NCBI GenBank assembly: GCA_015680685.1 | Contig: MNCI01003452.1 | Span: forward strand, 185,142 to 249,141 | Reading direction: 5' to 3' | Origin: Gnetum montanum | Taxonomy: Eukaryota > Plantae > Gnetophyta | DNA: 64,000 nt | In this document: positions 24,088 to 34,600 of the stretch, in pieces | Position numbering within the stretch: the first letter of the stretch is position 1 | Layout: every line of letters starts with the position of its first letter | Position numbers and translations under genes: made by a program | Notes under the pieces: generated by a model | What the model saw: only the letters and a program-made list of their open reading frames with translations | The model's database searches: none | What the model was told of the DNA's origin: nothing

Positions 24088-26922
24088 ATGGCCCCAAAAC
24101 TAAGGCATCCAAGGGGCGAAGGACCATCCCAACCTAGGGACAAGCGTCCACGAATGGGAAGGGGACAAGGCGTGTAGCAACTAGAGCACGCGGAGGGCTC
24201 TCATGCAACTGGCCCCCTCCGCGAAGGACCTTATGTGGAATCTGTCCATTAGATTCCCGAAGAGGAGATGCCCAGTGAACAATCGCAGGGAGATGAAACT
24301 CTAGGGATAGCCCCACGGCTTGAGGTCACCCTGACCCAAGCTTGTCTTGATGCTATCAAGCCGCAAGAAGTGCAACGGATGGTCCTACAAGAGCTAAACT
24401 TTGGACCATTTCTTGAAAATGCATTAGAAGATGTAAGACTTCAATTGCAAAATTCTCCTATGTGGTTGATCATCACAACCAGTGGTGAATGGTACCTAGG
24501 AGAAACCTATCTCTTCTGGACAAATCGGCAACTGGGGTCCAGAGTAAGGATTAATGACATTTATGTTTCTTACTTTGCAGAGGCAATAGCGCAAGCTCTG
24601 GGGTTGCCAGAGACCGAAGTAGATGTGGCGGAGATCCCAAAACAAGCAGACCTTGAGGTAAAAGGGGAGTGGCTCCGACAGTGCTATTGGGTAGATCGCA
24701 AGGAGTTTGGCACTCTAACCACCGTGGAGAGGGTGTATTCAAAGATCGCGTCTTACCATCTAGACCCAACGGTAAGACCCAACAAAATCATAGCCTTCTC
24801 CGCTCGTGCCTGTGTCGCCTTGAGTGAAAAATTTCCAATGAGTCTTCCACAGTTATTATTCTTGGAAATTGAAAAGAGGTTTGCCAAAAGCGAACGTGGA
24901 AGGCAAGCTCTTCCCTTCCCCTGCTTAATTAGAAAATTATGCAAACGGGCAAGGATAGCACGTTACGCCAATGATACACTCCGACACGCCCCGATTGTCT
25001 CATGGCATGAAATGATGAAGGATAGGACTCCTGCCACTACACATACGGAGGAAGAGCTGCACAAACGACAAGGTCGAGTTCGCAGACTATTGTAGAATAC
25101 ATCCGCGAAATCCGACAATCGCTCTTGAGCCAGCAAGAGTAATCTGGTAGGATTGGTGGAGGGGAAGACCCTTCGGTTTATCGCCCTGCAATGAGCCACC
25201 TGGAGCAAGTGGCTCGATCAGTTAGTTTGTTAGAAAGAGCAGGGCCGATGTTCTCCGCCGCCTGAACACAAGTGCTAGCAAGAACAGATCCTAGCATCCG
25301 AGAGGTAACAGTATCAACCCAACAACTATTTTCTGAAATTTCAGGGAATACTGTTACCTTCTCGGTACGCTTGGAAGATGGTGAAGGGGCGACAATTTTG
25401 GTGATGTAGCACCAGGGATAGGAGATTGCGGCTGAAGTGGTTGTTGATACAATTGCTATGGTTCTCAACGCACCGGCGGCACCTGTACCAAATGTACATG
25501 GACTTCAAGATGTACAGGCATCCGTCGGAACTTCACGTAGCAAAATTGATGCAGCACAACATGAGAAATTGTTGGACCGACTAGTGGGAACCGGGCAACC
25601 GCTTCCGAATATCTTTGACCTTTCGGATAACATCACTGCAACCCAGTTGGAGTTGCTCTCGGCAAGGGGGAAGAGCCTCATTTTAGAAGAGCAACTTGAA
25701 GCTGCTCGAGCCACTTGTCAACATTTGGCAACAGAAGTAGCCCAACTAAGAACCCAACTTGTCGATCCAGCTCTCCTCAATCGTGAGCTCACCAGAGATG
25801 AAGCTTTTCAATAGCTTTAGATCAAACTTCAGATAGTTGAGGATGAGTGAGAGTCGGTGATCTTTGATAAGTCCTTGGCAGATGCTTAGACATATCATTT
25901 AAACAAGGACTTGGAAGAGGTTCGCCAGGAGAACGTCAGGTTGACTGCAGAGGTCCATCGCCTGCGTAATGTTGGTGTTGAAAATGAGCACATGAAAACT
26001 TTTATTCACCAATAGTAGGAAAAGCTGGCCAGGGTGAATGCTGACGTGAGAAGGTTGGCCATTGAGAACTGAAATCTATCCATGGAGGAGGTTCGAACTT
26101 TGTGATAGAAATCTGCCATCGAAATTGCCGCTTGGAAGAACGAGGCCCTAAAATTTGAAAAAGTCAAGAATTAGTATAGGGACCAAGTGGGATTGCAAAA
26201 AGAAGTAAATGAAAAATAGATTCAAGTCGCAAAGGCTAAGATGAACCAAGCGCTCCAACAACTCCGAGAGGGAGGCGAGGTATGGCAACCTATTTTTTAT
26301 GGGTTGAATGCCTACAATCAAGTTGAAATCTGCCTCAGAGTTGCAGATTGAGGAAACCCCAGAATATATGGAGCTTGCCAACTTTCGCTATGCAAACTTG
26401 GCTATGCTCACAGTCGGGAGACCATGGTCTAAATTGGAGAAACAAGTGGCCGCCTCATATTCTCTATATGAGGGCGAGTTCCAAGCACACAAAGCAACAA
26501 AGCAAAAATTGGAAGCAGCAAACGCGGAACTCAAGGTTCTCTGCATGCGATTTGAAGGACAACGTATGGTCGCGGAGAACTTGGCCTGTCGAATGACTGA
26601 CTACCAGAAGTTGCAGACATCAATTCGAGCGTTCGACATCGAACGAAAATAGTTCACAGCTTGGTTTGTCAACTTGAAAGAACTCTTCCCCGCGCTGCCA
26701 TGCCTTTAGGAGGTTCCAGTCCCGGCGCACATTGGTGAAGCTACCTGGACGATGAACGATCCCAGAAGCAAGGAAGAAAAAATGAAGGCCCTTCTGGAGG
26801 CTTTCCGGTTGCCTTTAGAAGTTGTAGTTGCTACGGGGCAACCATCATTCGTGCCACCACTGCAGCATGGGCCAGAGGCTGGTGAAGGTTCGTTAGAACC
26901 ACCGCCACCAGGGACGGTGTGA
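24088..26922 (+). pseudogene. Athila-1 accessory (env-like) ORF: PF20167-like N-terminal domain plus long coiled coil
   Basis: ATG directly after tgtAG. LFWTN...VRIND...AIAQALGLP and LPFPCLIRKLCKRA motifs, E/K/Q-rich C-terminal half, ends EPPPPGTV*. Homologous to 48004-50796. Confidence 0.8.
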
Positions 26923-27148
26923 TCTTTTCGCAATTTTTGCATTCTTCTACATGGCAGAGACTCTAGGACCAGCAAGGTGTTCAATTTTTTCTCTGAACAC
27001 CACCATTTTTGTAATTTGTCCTTTTCTGTACACTCGGGCACTTGGTAAAATTGACGTTGTGTCATGTGTGTTTGTCAAGTCATGTATGTTGTAAATAAAA
27101 GCCCATACCTTCCAAATTGTAGAGTAACTCGAGGACGAGTTTTTACTC

Positions 27149-27161
27149 AGTCGTGGGGGTA
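27149..27161 (+). promoter_or_regulatory. Polypurine tract of Athila-1
   Basis: AGTCGTGGGGGTA directly abutting the 3' LTR; same motif precedes the Athila-2 3' LTR. Confidence 0.75.
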
Positions 27162-28036
27162 TGATGAAGTGTCATTAGTTGATGCATTAACTAGGCCATG
27201 TATACGTGGCCGCGTCGATGCATCCTTCCATGCGTCGATGTGGCCTTGTTTACGTGGAGCCTATCCTGGCCTATAAATAAGAGGGTTTCCGCCTCACTTA
27301 GATACCTTTTTGTCAGTTGTAGCGAAGCTCTTGCAGTTTGTTCCCACGAGAGTTAGAATATTTTCCAAGTGCTCGCAGTAGGTGTAAGAAAGGTGCCTGG
27401 CTCTTTACTTGAGCATTGATGTATCTGAGCCCATTGGTGTGAATGGCAATAAAGACAAGCTTTTCAAGCATTCCTTGCAGCATTTGGACTTAGTCATTTA
27501 ATGCATTTAATAGCTTCATATTTTTATGCTCTACTAATTACTTAAGTTTCTCTTGTTATTATTTTAATCGCTATTGCTCTTTCATAGTTCATAGAAACCA
27601 TAAGTACGACCATCTCGAACGTAAACCCAACGCTTGGCAACCCAGTGATGCTTAACGTTTGGTAACCTAGTAGTGGTTAGGGGATGCTCAGGACGTGCCC
27701 GGAAGATGGGATCAGATACTTATGCTAGGAATAGTTAAGATACAGATTAGGATAATTATAGATTAGATAATATTTCATTTCTTACTTTCCATACCTTAAT
27801 TAGACGCCAAACGATAAAGTAAAAAGCCATAAAAATCAGTTGCCTCAATATCACTTAACCATCGCCACTAGAATATCACAAGTGAGGTTGGGAAAACAAC
27901 GACTGTTCTAACCCAAGGTTTTGCTGGTTAGGGTCTGGTGTATGCAAAGTGCTTATAGTCTACGGAATTCGACTGAGTCGTGTGTGAATGCCCGTGATTC
28001 GTATGGTTGGGTGTAGGGGTACCTAGCTAGCCATCA
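27162..28036 (+). repeat. Athila-1 3' LTR (875 bp)
   Basis: TGATGAAG...CCATCA followed by the TSD; about 14 bp shorter than the 5' LTR in the GTCGAC repeat region. Confidence 0.95.
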
Positions 28037-28310
28037 GTCTATTTAGAGAGCTATATCTTGACTTCCCTAAAGCAGATTCCATCTCCTCTTCAGCGGCTAA
28101 AGAACTATTCGAAATTGACATCTTTTTTCCCCCTTTAACTACAAAAAAATGCATTCTAACCTGTTACAGATAACAATTGCTAGAGCTTAGTGTTGTTTTC
28201 AAATAGGGTGATACTACGCTTGAAAGTTGGAGTGACCCCCATGGTGTATGTTGCCTCCCTATACTTTGCAGCACCCTAGCTACACGGAGCTAAAGAGATG
28301 GGACTAGGTA
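28037..28310 (-). mobile_element. LINE-B remnant, 5' part (on the other side of the Athila-1 insertion)
   Basis: From ATG at 28242: MGVTPTF...KL*QLLSVTG*NAF...FFSR*RGDGICFREVKI*LSK*, continuing in frame through the GTCTA target site into TIMRYLEV at 14773 and below. Confidence 0.8.
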
Positions 28311-29454
28311 GGAACAAAAGATATGGTCGATTTGGGCTTTCTAGATGTTGAAGTATGTGTAGAAGCTTTTGATTTTTTTTGAAATTTTGGCTTTATCATT
28401 GATTTTTGCTAGAATTGATGTAGAGCAATATCTTATGCTGCTTGTCACCTAAGTGTTAGGAAAAATCAATTGTTTTGGGAGGAAACAGATCATATGGCAT
28501 GGTATTAGTTTGATCGATAAACATCAATATCCTTTGGTGAGGGTAGTAGTTTGAATACATCATGCGATATTGAATCACACAATATGGATTGATGTAGTTT
28601 GAACTATCTTGCTTGAAGTCATGTTAGGCAAAGCAAATCGATTAGCGAAGAATATGTTTTTTGAAAGATACGATCTTCTTGATTTCTTGCCTGTTTCACT
28701 TTGAATCTCTCAATTTCTTGCTTGTTTCAATTTGAATTTCTTTCAGATTTGTAGAAAAGCTTCAAAGAATGCAAGATCTCTTAATGAATTAGTCAAAATA
28801 TTAAGATTCAATATAGATCATTGAGAATTTATCCATAACAAGAAAAAAACTAATAAAGATGCATAAGAATGCAACTTTCATATCTAATTTCATAGTTTTG
28901 ATGTACTTGATCAAACTAAAACTTGATTTTGTTGTAAAAGAAACCATATAATCAATCTTTAGAGAGATACTTATCAAATCATTATGAAAATGGAGATCTT
29001 TGATGCAATGAGTGTGATATGTATGACAACTTGTGATAAGATGTGAAATGAGAGATTGTCATTGAGAATTCGAGAGAGAAGTTGTGAAAATTGGAAGAGT
29101 ATGAGAAAGAAAATTGAGAGAAATTGAAACTTCTTCTTCTTCTTGTCCGTCAAACTCTTGATCAAAGAAATTGAGATAGTGACATTGTTGAAATGAGAGT
29201 GCCTACACATGAAGTATGGGGGGCACCTCTATTTAGAGCGTTGGTTGGTCCTTTTATGTCATTTGGGGCATATTTTAGTACCGTTAAACATGATAGGTGC
29301 AATTTTCCATTTTAGGAAAGTTTTAAATGTAGTACATAACCATAGGACTAGCCATGAGATTACAACATGAAAATAAAAGGTCTAAAGACATGAAATGAAA
29401 ATACATGAACATAGAAAAAAAAATGACATGAAATAAAGATTTCATTCACACTAT

Positions 29455-31373
29455 TACTTGATACTAGATTTGAGCTTCCACCCTCTTGTATTATTAAGCC
29501 TTCCATTTCAGGCACACTTCAATGTCCTCTATAACCTTAAGGATCTTAGCTTTAGCATATGCTTCAACATGACTAGTGATCCTACCCTCAAATTCTTGCA
29601 TGGGGCTTCAGTTTGGATCTTCACCTAAGCTTCAACCTGCTTCTTGATTTTCTTCTCCATCTCTTATCAAAGGAACTTCCAGTCTGTGTCAAATGGCCAA
29701 GCTTGTAGAATGGGCATCCCCAGATTCTCTACAAATGGCTTAACCCAGTCTTGTGGATCCGCATCATTGGCTGTAGTGCCCTCCTATTAATGGTTAGAGG
29801 CCCCAATAGATAACTCCATATCCTTCTTTCTTACTTGGTGATGTGCTTTGGTAGGCTTTCCCTCTTGAAGCTCTTCTGGTTGAATAGTTGAAGAGTTAGA
29901 AGCAGGCTTGGTGTCCTGTTGAGTGAAGAATTTGGAAAATGTGTGCCCATCATATGTTGAAGTGGCCTTCTCTTAAGCAATCATGAACCTGATTTTAACT
30001 CACAAGGTATCACCATTTTCTTATATCCTTTCTATTAACTTGCAATGCTTTGCCAAAATGCTATCCTAGGGATTCCTAGTCCCTTGCTTTGTTTCAGCAT
30101 AGCAATTTCTTCCCATTTAACCAAGTGGACATTTGGATCCCCACCCCCTGACCAAACAAAATGTCTAATTATCATATAATCTTGTTAATGATAGTTGCTT
30201 GGAGGAGAGGTAAACAAATGGAGGCAACAGACCTAGTGACAGTTGCAAGCACCATAGGAGCCAAGATGCATCTTCCCTTGCTAGTGAAGAATTGATTGGT
30301 CCATAATTCCAACCTGCTCTAAAAGTTCTAGATTAGGATTCCCCAATTATGTATGTCTCCTGTTCCACTTGAAGGGGAATACCCAAATATGAATCTCCTA
30401 CATCTCCAATATCCACCCTAAACTTTGGACAACAACCCTTTTAGTTTGTAGGCATTATGTAGGAGGTGGGTGTTGGACCTCTAGCAGATAATGGCCAAAC
30501 CCAACTCATCTTCCACCTACTCCAACACTTGTTTAATAGCTTTGCCTTCAAGAGTAGAAGCCTTGGTTATGATCATAGTGCATCTACATAGTAGTTGACT
30601 AGACTCCTATACTATGTGATCTCAAACGTCCCAACCCCACTTTATCAAGTATGTCCACATGGTGTCCATTGTAATGATGAAAAGGTAAAGGGGTAGTGTA
30701 TCAACTTGTCAAAGTCCCCATTAGGGTTGAAAAATTCTCTTAATTTCCATTGATCTCCATGGAGCAAGCCCCAAACTATTGAATATGTAGACATGGTTGG
30801 ACAAATTTACAATGAAATCCTTTTTTGATCATGTTATAGTGAGATGCCTCCTAACTTAAGGAATTATAGGCTTTGATTGTATCTAACTTAAGGAACATGC
30901 TTGGCGATTTGAACTTCTAACTTGAGTGCATAAGCTTCTTGTTAAGGATGATTTGCTCTTGTATGAATCTTCCTTTGACAAACCCCACCTAGTTGCCATC
31001 ACCCATGTTATCCATTAGGGCTGCCACATTGTCATTCTTTGGACAAGGATCTTAGAGAAAACCCTAATAAGAATGTTGCATACACCTATGGGCTTGTAGT
31101 TAGATCAATCAACATGATTCTTTTTTTTGGGTACAAGGACAATCTTGGAACAATTGATCTCATGGCACACTCATCCCCACCACAGCTTCAAGTTAAAGGC
31201 ATCCACCAAACTGACATCCATGTTCTCAAAATATTCTTTGCACAACTCAATTGCCCATTTGTCAGGTCCAAGGACATGATTTGGATGCACGAAAGTAATG
31301 GCCCATCACACTTCCTCGGAAATAGGGTTTGGTAGGTGGGCATTGTTGTGATTATCCAATACCTGTGTGACAT
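29455..31373 (-). mobile_element. LINE-C: truncated, internally deleted L1 copy retaining RT and part of the coiled-coil tail
   Basis: Minus strand: KCDGP (KAPGPD-like), LKLDTIKAYNSLS, IIRHFVWSGGG..VHLVKW..KGLGI. After an apparent deletion: EMEKKIKKQVEA and DIEVCLKWKA, matching LINE-B DIEVWLKWEA. Confidence 0.8.
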
Positions 31374-31615
31374 TAACTAACATTTATCTAGTCTCCCTCC
31401 TATTCCAGATTTCCTTCCAAAGTCATTACATACTTGCTGCAGTTGTGTCCTCAACAACAATTGTTTTGGATTCATTTACTGTACTATATAAACTTTTGTG
31501 TAGTTTGTTTTTTTAGGTTCAAACTATTGAGGTGACTTTAGAAAGAAGTCCATTTTAATAGAGCATAGCCTTGGTCAAATTTCATTCATAGTTGACCTTA
31601 GAGTACATCTAGAGA

Positions 31616-34600
31616 TGATGCTTAGAAAATTGGATTCCACAAACCAAGTTCACTCAAGTGCAAAGAACTAACACAAATTCTCAATAGAACAAGAAAAAGA
31701 AAAGGAGGCTTTATTCTTGCTCAAAAGAAATGTATACAATGCATAACTAGAAGCAAACACGCTCCTAAGAACAAACAATTAATCAGGCAAACCCTTAGTT
31801 CCTCTCACAATACAAGTTGGATAATCAATGGATGATCATTCACTTACAATGCTCAAGAAAATCTTTCTTTTTCTCAAACACTAGAATGGCATTAGATTGG
31901 CTTTAGGCTGACATTAGCCCCCTTCTCTTGAGTTACCTTTGCCTTTTATACCTTTTCAAAGTGTCCCTTATTTTCCTTGACTGTTGGACTACCTTGAAAA
32001 TCAACCTTTTTATAAAAATCAATTTAATTGGGACTCTGCAGCTCATACCTTCCTTGTAGCATCCATCTTGCAATCAGATTGCGACTCGCACCATGTTGCA
32101 CTGGTAAAATCACAATATTTTTGGCCAATATTTATCTACTACATGTGACTTGTTGTGACTAGCAATCTAGAGACCATGGTTCATTGTGACCTGCAGTGGC
32201 TTGGAACTTGTCGCTTGACTTAGAAAATGCACAAAATATACAATTTGGACTCATTGCAGTAGACTGCTACTCATAGCTACCCGCAAGGCTAGACTACAGC
32301 TCACTGAGACCTACAATTACCTTCCCAGGCTACAAAAAACTATGCAAATAACACAAAAAAGATTCAATATCACAAAGATAGACATGTTACTACTCCTAGA
32401 ATACAATGACGATGAGAATTACCTCCAAGAGTGGGTTGATATCTTTATCATTCCCCTCACCATTCAAAAGAGACTTGTCTCATTTGTATGCTACACTTGG
32501 GACAGTATCAAGCTATCAAAAACCCAAATCATTCTCATGAACCCAGATAGTGTTCTCAAGCCCTTCATCACTGTAATGCATCAAGTTCTTGCACATCTTC
32601 TTACCTCTTATGAGTCTAGCCTATCTTTCTTATAACACAATTGGTTTCCTTGATGACTTCCATGGAGTTTGACCTTCAATTGCATCTTTGAGGACTTCAC
32701 AACTACCCTCCAAATTTGATGCAAGAACATTGCCATGATAAGGGCTTAAACCTAAATATGGAAAATACAACAAATAGGGAAATTATTAGGCAAATCAGTC
32801 TCATAGGCATTGGGATTGATCTTGGCCCAAATTCTAAGTGGACTAATTCTGCTTGACTTGAGCTTATAGAAATGCACATTCCTCTGCCTTTCTTTGCTCA
32901 AATAGATCTACACATAGTCACAAATATGAAATTCAATTGTCCTATTTCCCTTAGGGGCCTTGGAAGGCACATTCTTCTCCAAGTGAGATTTGACTTGTCA
33001 ATGCAAGTGCTTCATTTGTTGAACAAAATCAGAACTCAAAGAGGCAGAATAATCAAATTTCTTCAACTCATCAACCATCTTTGGTGAAAAACCATAATTA
33101 GCAACAAACGTACTTTTACCAATACTGGTGTGGAAATCATTGTTATAATATAAGAATTCAGCATGAGCTAACATATTTTCCCATCTTTGTAGCTGATCGT
33201 CACATAAGCATCTTAATATCTTCAACAATGACCTATTTACCACTTTAGTTTACCCATCAGTTTGAGGATTATAGGCAGTAGAAAATGGTAATTTTGTTAC
33301 CAACAATTTCCGAAGTGATCTCCAAAAGTGGTCGGTAAATTTAATATCCTTATCACTCAATATTCAATGGAATGCCAGCAACTTCACAACATGTTAAAAG
33401 GCTAAATGAGTGACATGAGAAGCATCACTACTCCTCTCACATGGAATAAAATGAGCCATCTTAGTAAATCTATCAACCACAAGTATAGAATCATAACTAG
33501 ATCTTGTTTTTGGAATGCCACACAAAGTCCAAAGAAACACTTACCCAAGGAGCATTTAGGATTGGCAAAAGTAAGTATTAGCCATCAATACCCTCTCACC
33601 TTTGAACTTTTAGCAAACATAATACTCTTTCACAAATTTAATAACATTATTATAGATACTTGGCTAAAAGTAGGTTTTTCTCAACAATTCCAAAGCCATG
33701 GTTTTGTCCATATGTGCAGTCATGTGACTAATGTGCTTTTCTTCAAGAATCTTGGATTTGAAATCACATTTGGGAACACAAATTTTGCCATCTTTAAAAA
33801 GAATACCATTCTTGATATGATATACTTTCCAATTGTTAGCCCTTCCTAAGAATGGAGAATTCAACTCTTTCCAAATATCACAAAAATCAGTATCATTAGG
33901 ATACAATTGAGCAAAGCACTCAAAACCTTTAACTTCAACACAAGAATGAAGAAATTGAATTTTAGACAAAGCATCAGCGATAACATTTGACTTGTCACTT
34001 CTATGTTTCAAAACAAAACGAAACTTTTGCAATTGCTTTACCCATTTCATATGCTTAGCACTTAGTTTCTTTTGAGAATTCAAAAATTGAAGTGCTTTAT
34101 GATCAGTTAATAAAAGAAATTCAGATCTTAGCAATTAATGTCTCCAATGCTTGATAGCTTGAAGTATAACATCTAATTCTTTTTCATATACACTATATTT
34201 TTGTCTATATTCATTCAATTTAAAATTCCTTCTCATAAACACTATACTTTTATCTATATTCATTCAGTTTTTCAAAAAAGAATGCAATGCACTTATCCTT
34301 TTTTGAAAACACACCTCCAATAACAAGTCCAGTTTCATCAACCTCTACTTCAAAAAGTTTGGAGAAGTTTGGAATTGCCAAAACTAGAGCACTACAAATC
34401 TTCTCTTTCAATGCTTGGAAAGAACTCTCTTTTGCATCATCTTACACAAAAGCTGAGTTCTTTTTCAAACAAGAGAGCATAGGTTATGCAATAGAACTGA
34501 AATTTCTAATAAATATTTTATAGAAACTAGCCTAACCAAGAAAAGATCTCACCTCTTCCACATCTTTAGCTGAAGGCTACTCCTTAATTGCTTTGGTCTT

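Larger units (their letters stand above)
14779..28036 (+). mobile_element. Athila-1: full-length Ty3/gypsy Athila-lineage LTR retrotransposon (13.26 kb), decayed
   Basis: Perfect 5-bp TSD GTCTA (14774-14778 / 28037-28041); TG..CA LTR pair; tRNA-Asp PBS; gag-PR-RT-RH-IN order; extra ORF after pol. Confidence 0.95.

Noticed and set aside
24088-26922. Calling the accessory ORF a true envelope gene
   Set aside because: No signal peptide, convincing transmembrane helix or fusion peptide is visible; env-like refers only to its position.
28320-29450. AT-rich segment between LINE-B and LINE-C as a DNA transposon
   Set aside because: No terminal inverted repeats, TSD or coding motif identified.
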